Below are positions 33,797-44,091 of a DNA stretch of 64,000 nucleotides, piece by piece. The DNA is from an uncultured Bacteroidales bacterium (GTDB lineage: Bacteria > Bacteroidota > Bacteroidia > Bacteroidales > UBA7960): assembly GCA_964477035.1 (NCBI GenBank), contig CAYZCW010000010.1:31215-95214 (forward strand), read 5' to 3'. Below the pieces are notes generated by a model. That model ran no database searches. It saw only the letters and a list, made by a program, of their open reading frames with translations, and was not told the DNA's origin. Within the stretch, counting starts at the first letter, position 1; every line of letters starts with the position of its first letter. A program made the position numbers and the translations under genes.

Positions 33797-34777
33797 CTAC
33801 TTCAGGTTAAAACGGATTGGATTGGTTCTGTAAGTGTTGATGTGGCGTTCCTTCTTGGCTGCATAGATATCCCCGATGGTCAGCAGGATGGCCGTCTCTT
33901 CCACCCCGCCGAAGTGTTCGTTGATCGCCGTGCCGAAGGTGCGCATGCTCGGGCTGAGACCCATATAGGAATTGATCAGCGGCGGGATGTTCTCCTTTTG
34001 CTCCCGCACATGCCTGAGCAGCGAGCGGTAATTGCCTTCATAGTCGTCCCCCCGGAACAGCCTTTCCAGTTTTTCCACAGGGGTATTCAGGCCCAATGGC
34101 TTATGGGGTTCGACCAAGCGGTCGGGATCCGGGAAAAACCGGTTAAGGAAATACAGGATCATGTCCCGGGCAAACACATTGTAATGGGTGTACATGGTCA
34201 CCTTCCCGAAAAAATACCGGATCCCGGGATGATCCACCACCAGGGCGCCCAGCCCGTCCCACAGGTTGTCGAGCGAATAGATGCTCTTGCGGTTCTCCCG
34301 CGAAGGCTGGTAGGCAGGCTGCACAAAGGAACGGCCCAACTCGATGGTATAAGGAAGGTAATCACGGACAAAGGCGGGTGAAAACCTGAAAAGCTCCGAG
34401 GTCGCCAGGGCGGGCAGGCCCTGTTCATCGCGCCTGGCTTCCGGGCAGACTATGTACCGGTATCCTCCCACAATCTCCCGGGAGGAAGGGTCCCAGACGA
34501 TCAGTTGTTTGTAGGGGGGAAGGGCCGTATCGAAAGGGTCGATGTCGACGGCCTTCCCCGTCCCTCCGCCTGCCATCCTGAAGGACAATTCCCTGAGGCG
34601 GCCCACCTCCTTCATGAGGTGGGGAGAGTCGTGCGCATCGACCACATAAATCTCATTGTGGGCGTTGTTGGTGGTGCGCAGCAGCTTCTCCCGGCCCAGC
34701 TCCTCCTGCAGCCTTTCCCGGTCCACCGGGGGGAGGATCTCCTCCTGGCCCTCTTCTTTTGTCGGATGGTCATTCAT
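33797..34777 (-). CDS. GNAT-fold N-acyltransferase, OlsB/GlsB-like
   Basis: EVGRLRELSFR, IVGGYR, IELGRSFV and LDNLWDGLG motifs; downstream of a PlsC-like gene. Confidence 0.85.
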   Translation of the reverse strand: MNDHPTKEEGQEEILPPVDRERLQEELGREKLLRTTNNAHNEIYVVDAHDSPHLMKEVGRLRELSFRMAGGGTGKAVDIDPFDTALPPYKQLIVWDPSSREIVGGYRYIVCPEARRDEQGLPALATSELFRFSPAFVRDYLPYTIELGRSFVQPAYQPSRENRKSIYSLDNLWDGLGALVVDHPGIRYFFGKVTMYTHYNVFARDMILYFLNRFFPDPDRLVEPHKPLGLNTPVEKLERLFRGDDYEGNYRSLLRHVREQKENIPPLINSYMGLSPSMRTFGTAINEHFGGVEETAILLTIGDIYAAKKERHINTYRTNPIRFNLK

Positions 34778-34781
34778 ACAC

Positions 34782-35657
34782 CTAAGATTCCATGTTGAAA
34801 TCAAGTTTTCCTTGCGGCAGGCTGTATACATGGGCCTTCATTCGCTGGGCCCAGTCATGGTGGGACAATTCCCGGGTAAAGGCAGTATAGGGTACCGGTT
34901 TGCCGAAAGTGATCCGCATCTTCTTCTCTTTTTGCCGGAACATCTCATCGGGAAGGTACAGCATCTCGATGTTGGATCTGATCCCCAAACGCTTCCTCCA
35001 ATTGGCTAAGTTATAGAAAAAATCGGAATTGCGTCCGTCTATGTGCACCGGAATAATGTCCCGCTTGTAATGTACAGACTTGGTAATGAAGCTCTTCTTC
35101 CATTCCAGGTCGGCAATCACCCCGTGCTGCCGGCGGGAAACCAGCCCGGCGGGGAACACCAGAACCAGCTGGTCAGACGCGTACAACTCATCGATCACGG
35201 CCAGGGCCTCCCGGGAATTGCGCCCGTGCTTATTCACCGCCACAAAGAGCGGGCTGAGGTTTCTGATCTCCATCAGGATGTCGTTGACCAGGAACTTCAG
35301 ATCCGGTCGTTTCCTGCCGACCACATGCATCAGGGCCATCCCGTCCAGTCCGCCAAGCGGGTGGTTGGAAGCCACGATGTAGCGGCCCTCCCCCGGCATG
35401 TTTTCCGGGTGGACCACCTCGATGTCCACGGTGAACTTCTCCGTCAGGATCTTTTCAATGAAGGCAAGGCCTGTGTACCCGGTGAGTTCCGGCAGGGCCT
35501 GGTTGATCTCCTCCTGGTGCACCACCCGCTCCAGGTACCGGATCAGAAATTTGGGGATGAAAGGGTAAAGCTTCCCGCCTTTCTTGCGGAATACGGCATC
35601 CACATCCACCCTGTCGATGCCGGGATGTTCCTGATGTCTGGTTTCCTTCTCCCCCAT
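34782..35657 (-). CDS. PlsC-like O-acyltransferase, GlsA-like
   Basis: NHPLGGLDG (HX4D-type) and VFPAGLVSR motifs. Confidence 0.87.
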   Translation of the reverse strand: MGEKETRHQEHPGIDRVDVDAVFRKKGGKLYPFIPKFLIRYLERVVHQEEINQALPELTGYTGLAFIEKILTEKFTVDIEVVHPENMPGEGRYIVASNHPLGGLDGMALMHVVGRKRPDLKFLVNDILMEIRNLSPLFVAVNKHGRNSREALAVIDELYASDQLVLVFPAGLVSRRQHGVIADLEWKKSFITKSVHYKRDIIPVHIDGRNSDFFYNLANWRKRLGIRSNIEMLYLPDEMFRQKEKKMRITFGKPVPYTAFTRELSHHDWAQRMKAHVYSLPQGKLDFNMES

Positions 35658-35920
35658 TTTTCCTCTGCTGCCTCTTGTGTTTCAGCCCTTCAAAGCCCGC
35701 ACGGCACCCATCCCTGATGGAAAACTAGCCACCGGCAGGCCGGGAACCACAAGCAAAAGTAAAGATAATTCCGATTCGGGCTTTCTCCAAATCCGGCAGG
35801 CCTCTTGTTTTTTTAGAAAATCCCGGCAAGCGGCATAAATCCTATAAAATATTGTATTTCAAATATATAGATATAGAACAGCCTTGTATTCATACGCCAG
35901 GAAGCCCAAAAGTTATCAAC

Positions 35921-35950
35921 AATGTGGGAAAAAGTGGTAAAATGTGGTAA
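35921..35950 (+). promoter_or_regulatory. MraZ operator: three GTGG boxes at 10-bp spacing
   Basis: AATGTGGGAA AAAGTGGTAA AATGTGGTAA directly upstream of mraZ. Confidence 0.85.
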
Positions 35951-35993
35951 AAAACACTGTATATTTACATTCAAATCCCAAAACCGTGGTGCC

Positions 35994-36470
35994 ATGGCAC
36001 AATTGATTGGCGAATACGAAGGCAAGCTGGATGCCAAAGGACGGTTCGTGCTTCCCTCCGGTCTCAAGAAGCAACTCATGCCGGGAGACCAGGAGCGTTT
36101 CGTCATCAACCGCGGGTTTGAGAAAAACCTGACCCTGTATCCCGACAGCGAGTGGCAGAAAATCTCACGTGAAATTAATGCCCTGAATCTTTACAACAAA
36201 AAAAACAGGGAGTTTGTAAGGTATTTTTTCAGGGGGGCTTCGGAACTGACAACCGACTCGACCAACCGGCTTTTGTTGCCAAAGGCCCTGATGGAGTATG
36301 CCGGGATCAGCAAGGATATCGTTCTTTTTGCTTATGGGCAACGAATTGAAATCTGGGCCAGGGACCTCTATGAACAAATGATGCGCAACGAGCCGGAAGA
36401 CTTTTCCGCACTGGCCGAAGAGGTGATGGGCAGGATTTCCGGGGAACCGGGAGGTGAACATGTACCATAG
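35994..36470 (+). CDS. mraZ: Division/cell-wall cluster repressor MraZ
   Basis: DAKGRFVLP and DSTNRLLLP repeats; start moved to ATG 35994. Confidence 0.96.
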   Translation: MAQLIGEYEGKLDAKGRFVLPSGLKKQLMPGDQERFVINRGFEKNLTLYPDSEWQKISREINALNLYNKKNREFVRYFFRGASELTTDSTNRLLLPKALMEYAGISKDIVLFAYGQRIEIWARDLYEQMMRNEPEDFSALAEEVMGRISGEPGGEHVP

Positions 36471-37356
36471 ACCGGTCCTTCTGGAAGAGGCGGTCGCCGG
36501 ACTGAAGATTGTTCCCGGCGGAACCTACGTCGACGCCACCTTCGGCGGAGGCGGGCACAGCAGGCGCATCCTTGCACAACTGGACAACGGGCGCCTGTTT
36601 GCTTTTGACCAGGATGCCGAGGCCGGGGCCAACGCACCGGACGACTCCCGCCTCCGGTTCCTGAACCAGAACTTCAGGTTCATGCAGAACTTCCTTCGCT
36701 TCCATGGCGTGACTCAGGTGGATGGTGTGATGGCCGACCTGGGGGTTTCTTCCCACCAGTTCGACCAGGCCGGCAGGGGCTTTTCCACCCGGCTGGACGG
36801 TCCCCTGGACATGCGCATGGACAAAGAGGGTGCTTCCAGCGCCAGGGAAGTGGTCAACGACTACGGGGAAGAAGAACTCGCCAGCCTGTTCAGGCAGTAC
36901 GGAGAGCTTCGCAATGCGCGGGCCGTGGCCAGGCTGATTGCCGGACAGCGGGCAGGGTCCCCCATCCTGACAACGGACCAGCTGGCCCGGGCGGTGGCGA
37001 AAGCGGCACCCCGCGGCAGGGAAAACCAGTTTCTTGCCCGGGTCTTTCAGGCCATACGCATCGAGGTGAACCAGGAACTGCAGGCCCTGAAGGAGTTGCT
37101 GGAACAAAGCAGGGAAGTGATCCGTCCCGGGGGGCGCCTGGTAGTCATTTCCTACCATTCCCTGGAAGACAGGCTGGTGAAGCTCTTTATGAGGGCAGGA
37201 AATTTCGGGGGAGAGGTGCAGAAGGACTTCTACGGAAAGCCCCAGGTGCCATTCAAACAGTTGGGCAAGGCGCTTTCGCCGGGGCCGGAGGAGGTGACCG
37301 GGAACCCAAGGGCCCGCAGCGCCCGGCTGCGGATCGCGGAAAGACAGGACCGGTAA
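36460..37356 (+). CDS. rsmH: 16S rRNA m4C1402 methyltransferase
   Basis: YVDATFGGGGHS, DLGVSSHQ and SYHSLEDR motifs. Confidence 0.97.
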   Translation: MYHRPVLLEEAVAGLKIVPGGTYVDATFGGGGHSRRILAQLDNGRLFAFDQDAEAGANAPDDSRLRFLNQNFRFMQNFLRFHGVTQVDGVMADLGVSSHQFDQAGRGFSTRLDGPLDMRMDKEGASSAREVVNDYGEEELASLFRQYGELRNARAVARLIAGQRAGSPILTTDQLARAVAKAAPRGRENQFLARVFQAIRIEVNQELQALKELLEQSREVIRPGGRLVVISYHSLEDRLVKLFMRAGNFGGEVQKDFYGKPQVPFKQLGKALSPGPEEVTGNPRARSARLRIAERQDR

Positions 37357-37405
37357 CCGGACCGGGAACGTAAAACGGCCGGGGACAAACCAAACGACAC
37401 GGACC

Positions 37406-37819
37406 ATGACAGGGAATGTACTGAAGGAGCCAAAAAAACCGGAATCAAGCAGGAAAAAGAAAGGCCTGACCCGCCTGTTCTCCTCCATGCTGGACGGGAC
37501 CATCCTGACGCGGGATAAGGCCGAGGCCATGCTTCCTTTTTTCCTGTTCCTGACACTCATGGCCATCACCCTGATATTCAACACCTATTATGCAGAGAAG
37601 AAGGCACGGCAACTGGAGGCCCTGCGCCTGGAGATCATCGAACTGAGGGTCCGCTACATCACGACAAAATCAGAGCTCATGTACCTGAGCAACCAGTCGG
37701 AAGTGGCCCGCAGGCTTCAATCCAGGGGCTTTGTAGAGCCCACGGTGCCCCCGACCCTTTTGGTGGAGACAAATACAGACAACGGCATCCTGCAGCGGGT
37801 GTTCAGTCCGAAACGGTGA
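37406..37819 (+). CDS. ftsL: FtsL-like cell division protein
   Basis: Single TM followed by a coiled coil; between rsmH and ftsI. Confidence 0.85.
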   Translation: MTGNVLKEPKKPESSRKKKGLTRLFSSMLDGTILTRDKAEAMLPFFLFLTLMAITLIFNTYYAEKKARQLEALRLEIIELRVRYITTKSELMYLSNQSEVARRLQSRGFVEPTVPPTLLVETNTDNGILQRVFSPKR

Positions 37820-39933
37820 ACAGCCAGGGCAACATGACAGAACCGAAAAAAGACATATTGTGGAGGATACGCCTGGTCTATTTCGTCACGGCCCTGTTCG
37901 CCGTGTCGATCCTGATGAAGGTCATCTACATCCAGGTCGCCGAAGGAGAGCACTGGCGTGAGGTGGCCCGCACCGCCACCATGCGCTATGCCAGCATCGA
38001 TGCCGCCAGGGGAGACATCCGGGCCGACGACGGGCGGCTGCTGGCCACCAGCATTCCCATCTATGAAATCCGCATGGACATGAGTCAGCGGGTGGTCAGC
38101 GACGAGGTGTTCCATGGCGGGCTGGATTCCCTGGCGCTGGGCCTTTCGCGCCTGTTCCACGACCGAAGCCCGGGCCAGTACCGGGCCGAACTCCTGCGCG
38201 GACGCCGGGAAGGGGACCGGTACTTTCTGGTCAAGCGGAATGTCTCCTACAACCAGCTCACACGCCTGAGGGAATTGCCCGTATTCCGGCTGGGACGGTA
38301 CCGCGGCGGACTCATCGTCAGCGAACGCACACGGCGCGAGATGCCTTACAGGACACTGGCTGCCCGGACCATCGGCTATGAGCGGGAAGGGGTGTACGTC
38401 GGATTGGAAGGGGCCTACCGGGAGTACCTGGAGGGGACCCAGGGCAAGCGCCTGATGCAGCGCACCAGCGGAGGCAACTGGATGCCCATCAACGATGACA
38501 ACGAGATCCAGCCAAAGAACGGCATGGACCTGATCACCACCATCAACATCCGGATGCAGGATTTTACGGAAAATGCCCTGAGGAAACAGCTGAGCCGCTA
38601 CCAGGCAAGCTGGGGAACGGCCGTGATCATGGAAACCGCCACCGGCAAGATCAAGGCCATCTCCAACCTGACCCGCAACAGCCACGGGACCTATGAGGAG
38701 ACCTACAATTACGCCGTGGGCGAAAGCGCCGAGCCGGGGTCCACCTTCAAGCTGGCCTCGGTCATGGCCCTGCTGGAAGACGGGCTGGCCTCCCCCGGCG
38801 ATACCGTGCATACCGGCAACGGCCGCACCACCTATTCCGGGCAGGTCATGCGCGACGCCAGGGAAGGAGGCCACGGAAGCATCACCCTGCAGGAAGCCTT
38901 TGCCCTGTCCTCCAATGTGGGCATCTCCCGGTTCATTTATGAGGCCTACCACAAGAACCCGCAACGCTTCGTGGACCGCATCCGGGGCATGGGCCTGGAC
39001 AAACCCCTGGGGCTGGAGATCACCGGGGAAGGCGTTCCCTTGTTCAAGGATGCCGGCAGCCCCGGCTGGTCAGGCACTTCCCTGCCCTGGATGTCGATCG
39101 GGTACGAGTTGACCATGACGCCCCTTCAGACCCTGTCCCTATACAATGCCGTGGCCAACGGAGGACGCATGATGCGTCCGATGATGGTGGAGGAGATCCG
39201 GCAGACTGGCAAGGTCGTCAAACATTTCCAGCCTGAGACGATCCATCGCTCCGTGGCCAGCCAGCGCACCCTGGAAACCGTCCGGGAGATGCTCGTGGAG
39301 GTGGTCACCTCCGGCACGGCCAAGAACATCCATACCCCGGCCTACCAGATCGCAGGGAAAACGGGTACGGCGCAGGTGGCCAGCGACGGCACCTACCGGG
39401 GACAGGACGGGGTCACCTACCAGGCTTCCTTTGCCGGCTATTTTCCGGCAGAGGACCCGCGTTACAGCGGCATCGTGGTCATCTACAACCCCCGCGGCTG
39501 GATTTATACAGGCAGCCAGGTGGCGGCCCCCGTATTCAGGGAAATCGCCGACAAGATCGTGGCCACCGAGGTGATCCGCCCGGGGCAGCAGGACGACACC
39601 CCCTTGCTGGCCCACCTGCCTTCTTTCCGCAACGGCCACCTGGAGGACATCCGACATATCTATGAGGCATTCGACTGCCGCCTGAACGACCAGGCCCAGA
39701 CTGCCTGGGGCAGCACGCAGGTGCGCAGCGACACGGTCAGCCTGCAGGACAAAACCATGATGGAAAACCTGGTACCCGATGTGACGGGCATGGGCCTGAG
39801 GGACGCCCTCTACCTGCTGGAAAATGCCGGCATGAGGGTGCGGTTCTCCGGCCGGGGAACCGTCAGAAGGCAAAGCATACAGCCGGGGCTGCGCATCAGC
39901 CCGGGCAGCGTCATCACACTGGAACTGAATTAG
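37816..39933 (+). CDS. ftsI: Penicillin-binding protein 3 with PASTA domain
   Basis: STFK, SSN and KTG motifs; C-terminal VPDVTGM PASTA; alternative start 37834. Confidence 0.94.
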   Translation: MNSQGNMTEPKKDILWRIRLVYFVTALFAVSILMKVIYIQVAEGEHWREVARTATMRYASIDAARGDIRADDGRLLATSIPIYEIRMDMSQRVVSDEVFHGGLDSLALGLSRLFHDRSPGQYRAELLRGRREGDRYFLVKRNVSYNQLTRLRELPVFRLGRYRGGLIVSERTRREMPYRTLAARTIGYEREGVYVGLEGAYREYLEGTQGKRLMQRTSGGNWMPINDDNEIQPKNGMDLITTINIRMQDFTENALRKQLSRYQASWGTAVIMETATGKIKAISNLTRNSHGTYEETYNYAVGESAEPGSTFKLASVMALLEDGLASPGDTVHTGNGRTTYSGQVMRDAREGGHGSITLQEAFALSSNVGISRFIYEAYHKNPQRFVDRIRGMGLDKPLGLEITGEGVPLFKDAGSPGWSGTSLPWMSIGYELTMTPLQTLSLYNAVANGGRMMRPMMVEEIRQTGKVVKHFQPETIHRSVASQRTLETVREMLVEVVTSGTAKNIHTPAYQIAGKTGTAQVASDGTYRGQDGVTYQASFAGYFPAEDPRYSGIVVIYNPRGWIYTGSQVAAPVFREIADKIVATEVIRPGQQDDTPLLAHLPSFRNGHLEDIRHIYEAFDCRLNDQAQTAWGSTQVRSDTVSLQDKTMMENLVPDVTGMGLRDALYLLENAGMRVRFSGRGTVRRQSIQPGLRISPGSVITLELN

Positions 39934-39945
39934 ACCAACGAGCGC

Positions 39946-41391
39946 ATGAAGAACCTGAGCGACATACTCTACAAAACGGGCATCCTGCAGGTGCTGGGGC
40001 CGGTCGACAAGCCGGTTTCCTCGGTCGTGTCGGACTCCCGCCATGCCGCTCCCGGAAGCCTGTTTGCCGCTATCCGCGGACTCACCACCGATGGACACCG
40101 ACATATTGCCCAGGCCATGCAGCAGGGTGCCACGTCCGTTCTCTGTGAGGAACTGCCGCCGCAGCAGAACCCGGACGTCACCTTCGTCCGGGTGAAGGAC
40201 AGCGCCTCAGCCCTGGCCATGGCCGCAGCCAACTTTTATGACCATCCGACGAAAAAATTCAAGCTCATTGGCGTAACCGGCACGAACGGAAAAACAACCA
40301 TTGCAAACCTCCTCTGCAGTTTGTTTCAACAGCTGGGATACCCCTGCGGCCTTATCTCCACGGTAGGGATTATGATAGGGAACCGCAGGGAGGACACATC
40401 CCACACCACTCCGGACCCGGTTACGCTCAATGGGCTTTTTCACGACATGGCGGCCGCAGGGTGCGAATACGCCTTCATGGAGGTCAGTTCCCATGCGATG
40501 GTTCAGAAACGGGTCGAGGGCCTGCATTTTGCCGGCGGGGTCTTCACCAACCTGACCCACGACCACCTGGACTATCACGGGGGCTTCAGGGAGTACCTCC
40601 TGGCCAAGAAGGCCTTCTTCGATGCCTTGCCGGCCTCGGCTTTCTGCCTGACCAACCTGGACGACCGCAACGGCCTGGTGATGCAGCAGAACACCCGGGC
40701 CGAGAAAAAATCCTACAGCCTGCGTGCCATGGCCGATTACCGGGGCAGGGTGCTGGAGAGCTCCCTGGAGGGCCTGCAGATGCTGATCGGGAACCACGAG
40801 GTATGGTGCCGTTTGGTGGGCCGCTTCAACGCTTACAACATCCTGGCAGCTTACGCCACCGGCCACCTGTTGGGCCTGCAGGAGGAAGAGCTGCTGCAGA
40901 CACTCAGCCGCCTGGAGGCCGCCGAGGGGCGGTTCGACCACTTCCGCCTGGACAGCGGGGCCATTGCCATTGTGGATTACGCCCACACCCCGGACGCCCT
41001 GGAGAATGTCCTGAAAACAATACAGGACCTGCGCAGGGGCAACGAGCGGATCATTACAGTGGTGGGATGCGGGGGCAACCGGGACAAGGCCAAGCGGCCC
41101 CTGATGGCCTCCATTGCCGCCGGATACAGCGACAAGGTGGTCCTCACCAGCGACAACCCCAGGATGGAGGAACCTGAAGCCATCGTGGAGGACATGAAAG
41201 CAGGAATCGACCCGACGGGCATGCGCAAGACCCTGTCCATCATCAACCGCAGGGAGGCCATCCACGCCGCCTGCGCCATGGCCGGGAAAAACGACATCCT
41301 CCTGGTGGCCGGCAAGGGCCATGAGAAATACCAGGAGATCAAAGGGGTCAGGCACCCTTTCGATGACAAACAGATTTTGTTGGAAGCCTAA
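39946..41391 (+). CDS. murE: UDP-MurNAc-dipeptide:DAP ligase
   Basis: GTNGKTT, MEVSSH, DYAHTPD and DNPR (DAP-specific) motifs. Confidence 0.97.
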   Translation: MKNLSDILYKTGILQVLGPVDKPVSSVVSDSRHAAPGSLFAAIRGLTTDGHRHIAQAMQQGATSVLCEELPPQQNPDVTFVRVKDSASALAMAAANFYDHPTKKFKLIGVTGTNGKTTIANLLCSLFQQLGYPCGLISTVGIMIGNRREDTSHTTPDPVTLNGLFHDMAAAGCEYAFMEVSSHAMVQKRVEGLHFAGGVFTNLTHDHLDYHGGFREYLLAKKAFFDALPASAFCLTNLDDRNGLVMQQNTRAEKKSYSLRAMADYRGRVLESSLEGLQMLIGNHEVWCRLVGRFNAYNILAAYATGHLLGLQEEELLQTLSRLEAAEGRFDHFRLDSGAIAIVDYAHTPDALENVLKTIQDLRRGNERIITVVGCGGNRDKAKRPLMASIAAGYSDKVVLTSDNPRMEEPEAIVEDMKAGIDPTGMRKTLSIINRREAIHAACAMAGKNDILLVAGKGHEKYQEIKGVRHPFDDKQILLEA

Positions 41392-41404
41392 AGACAGAGA
41401 GAAG

Positions 41405-42658
41405 ATGCTATACCATTTGTTCGACTACCTGGACAGCGCGTTCGACATCCCCGGCACCGGAGTGTTTCAGTACATCTCCTTCCGGGCGGGTATGGCCCTG
41501 ATCTTTTCCCTGTTCATCACCATGATATCGGGCAGACGCATCATTGGTTACCTGAGAAAGATGCAGGTGGGGGAAACCGTAAGGGACCTGGGACTGCAGG
41601 GACAGATGGACAAGCAGGGTACCCCGACCATGGGCGGCATCATGATCATAGCGGCCATCGTGTTCCCCACCCTGCTGTTTGCCAAGCTCAACAACATCTA
41701 TATCCTGCTGATGGTGGTATCCACCCTCTGGCTGGGGGCCATCGGCTTTGCAGACGATTACATCAAGGTGTTCCGCAAGGAAAAGAAAGGGCTGCATGGC
41801 AAGTTCAAGATTCTGGGACAGATTACCCTGGGGATCGTGGTGGGCAGTACCCTCTACTTTCATGAAGGCGTGGTCATCCGGGAAAAGGGGGCATCTCCCC
41901 TGGCCTTCGAGACCACCAGCGAAATCCTGGAGATGGACCCGGCCGGGCAGGCCGCCCCCTTCGCCCTGGAATCGGTCAAGTCGACCAAAACGACCATCCC
42001 GTTCCTCAAGAACAACGAACTGGATTATGCGGTACTGCTCAGGTTCATCGGAGAAAACTACCGCCAATGGGCCTTCCTCATATTCATCCCCATCGTCATC
42101 CTGATCATTGCCGCCGTGTCCAATGGCGCCAACATGACCGACGGGCTGGATGGGCTGGCCACCGGCACCTCGGCCATCATCGGGGTCACCCTGGGGGTAC
42201 TGGCCTATGTGTCCGGCAACACCGTGTTTGCCAACTACCTCAACATCATGTACATCCCCAACACAGGCGAGCTGGTCATCTTCATCGCGGCCTTCGTGGG
42301 GGCCTGCATCGGGTTTTTATGGTACAACGCCTACCCGGCCCAGGTGTTCATGGGAGATACCGGCAGCCTGGCACTGGGCGGCATCATCGCGGTGTTTGCC
42401 ATTGTCATCCGCAAGGAACTGCTGATCCCCCTGCTTTGCGGGATCTTTTTCATGGAGAACCTCTCGGTGATCATGCAGGTATCCTGGTTCAAATACACCC
42501 GGAGGCGCTTCGGGGAAGGCAGGCGGGTGTTCCGCATGGCCCCGCTGCACCATCACTACCAGATGAAGGGCATGCACGAGGCCAAGATCGTGCTGCGCTT
42601 CTTCATCGTGGGGATCATCCTGGCGGTGCTATCGGTCATCACGCTTAAATTAAGGTAA
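41405..42658 (+). CDS. mraY: Phospho-MurNAc-pentapeptide transferase
   Basis: TPTMGG, DGLDGL, FMGDTGS and APLHHH motifs; start moved to ATG 41405. Confidence 0.97.
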   Translation: MLYHLFDYLDSAFDIPGTGVFQYISFRAGMALIFSLFITMISGRRIIGYLRKMQVGETVRDLGLQGQMDKQGTPTMGGIMIIAAIVFPTLLFAKLNNIYILLMVVSTLWLGAIGFADDYIKVFRKEKKGLHGKFKILGQITLGIVVGSTLYFHEGVVIREKGASPLAFETTSEILEMDPAGQAAPFALESVKSTKTTIPFLKNNELDYAVLLRFIGENYRQWAFLIFIPIVILIIAAVSNGANMTDGLDGLATGTSAIIGVTLGVLAYVSGNTVFANYLNIMYIPNTGELVIFIAAFVGACIGFLWYNAYPAQVFMGDTGSLALGGIIAVFAIVIRKELLIPLLCGIFFMENLSVIMQVSWFKYTRRRFGEGRRVFRMAPLHHHYQMKGMHEAKIVLRFFIVGIILAVLSVITLKLR

Positions 42659-42677
42659 TACAAGGAGATGAAGCCAT

Positions 42678-44018
42678 ATGAGGAAACACATTGCCATACT
42701 GGGCGCCGGGGAGAGCGGAACAGGGGCCGCCATCCTGGCCAGGCAGCAGGGCTTCGACGTGTTTCTCAGCGACAAGGGAAAGATCAGGCAACAATACAAG
42801 AACGCTCTTACACTTCATGACATCCGCTGGGAAGAAGGCATGCACACCCCCGGGAGGATCCTGTCGGCGAGGGAGGTGGTGAAAAGCCCGGGAATCCCGG
42901 ACACCGCACCCATCATACAGGTCCTGAAGGAACGGAAGGTCCCGGTGATCTCGGAGATAGAATTCGCCGGCCGCTTTACAAAGGCCAGGAAGATCTGCAT
43001 CACGGGGACCAACGGCAAGACCACCACCACCCTGCTCACCGGGCACATTCTCCGGAGGGCCGGCCTGAACGTGGGGGTGGCCGGGAATGTGGGAAAAAGC
43101 TTTGCCCGTCAGGTGGCAGAATCCTCTCCGGACATCTATGTGCTGGAGATCTCCAGCTACCAGCTGGACGGGATGTTCGACTTCAGGGCGGACATTTCGG
43201 TGCTGCTGAACATCACCCCGGATCACCTGGACCGCTATGAAAACCGGTTTGAAAACTATGTCCGGTCCAAGATGCGGATCCTGCGGAACCAGACCAGTCA
43301 GGACCACTGCATCCATTGCCTGGATGATGCGGTGATCAGGGAGTATATCGGAAGCAGGTCAGAAGGACCCTGCCTGTGGCCCTTCACCATCCGGGAAGAA
43401 CCAGGGAAGGGCGCCTGGCTGGAAAACCAGACAACAATGAAAGTAAAAACCAATACCGAGGAGTTTGAAATGGATACCCGAGACCTGTCGATCGTCGGAA
43501 AACACAACATCTACAACAGCATGGCAGCCGCCGTGGCGGCACGCTTGCTGGACCTGCGCAAGGAAGTCATCAAGGAAAGCCTGACCGACTTCCAGAATGT
43601 GGGACACCGGCTCGAACCGGTGGGCCGTGTCCGGGGCATCGAATTCATCAACGACAGCAAGGCCACCAATATCAACTCTGCCTGGTTTGCCCTGGAGACG
43701 ATGAACCGGCCGGTGATCTGGATCGTCGGGGGACAGGACAAGGGAAACGACTATGCCCCCCTGAGGAACCTGGTCCGGGAGAAAGTCAAGGCCATCGTGT
43801 GCCTGGGCAGGGACAACCATGCCATCCTGGAAGCCTTCGAAGATCTGCACCTGCCCATGGTGGAAACCCGAAGCGCAGCGGAGGCCGTAAAAGCGGCCTA
43901 TGCGCTGGGCAGCCCGGAGGATATCGTATTGCTTTCCCCTGCCTGCGCCAGCTTCGACCTGTTTGAAAACTTCGAGGACCGGGGAGAAAAGTTTAAACAA
44001 GCGGTGTATGATCTGTGA
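42678..44018 (+). CDS. murD: UDP-MurNAc-L-Ala:D-Glu ligase
   Basis: GTNGKTTT, NDSKATN and SPACASFD motifs. Confidence 0.97.
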   Translation: MRKHIAILGAGESGTGAAILARQQGFDVFLSDKGKIRQQYKNALTLHDIRWEEGMHTPGRILSAREVVKSPGIPDTAPIIQVLKERKVPVISEIEFAGRFTKARKICITGTNGKTTTTLLTGHILRRAGLNVGVAGNVGKSFARQVAESSPDIYVLEISSYQLDGMFDFRADISVLLNITPDHLDRYENRFENYVRSKMRILRNQTSQDHCIHCLDDAVIREYIGSRSEGPCLWPFTIREEPGKGAWLENQTTMKVKTNTEEFEMDTRDLSIVGKHNIYNSMAAAVAARLLDLRKEVIKESLTDFQNVGHRLEPVGRVRGIEFINDSKATNINSAWFALETMNRPVIWIVGGQDKGNDYAPLRNLVREKVKAIVCLGRDNHAILEAFEDLHLPMVETRSAAEAVKAAYALGSPEDIVLLSPACASFDLFENFEDRGEKFKQAVYDL

Positions 44019-44034
44019 CAAGGGCTGGCCTCTG

Positions 44035-44090
44035 GCCAAAAGCCAAATGCCAACAGCCAAAAGCCAATAGCCAACAACCAACCACCACCA
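44035..44090 (+). repeat. Heptamer tandem array (GCCAANA-like, 8 units) before ftsW
   Basis: GCCAAAA GCCAAAT GCCAACA GCCAAAA GCCAATA GCCAACA ACCAACC ACCACCA. Confidence 0.9.
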
Positions 44091-44091
44091 C

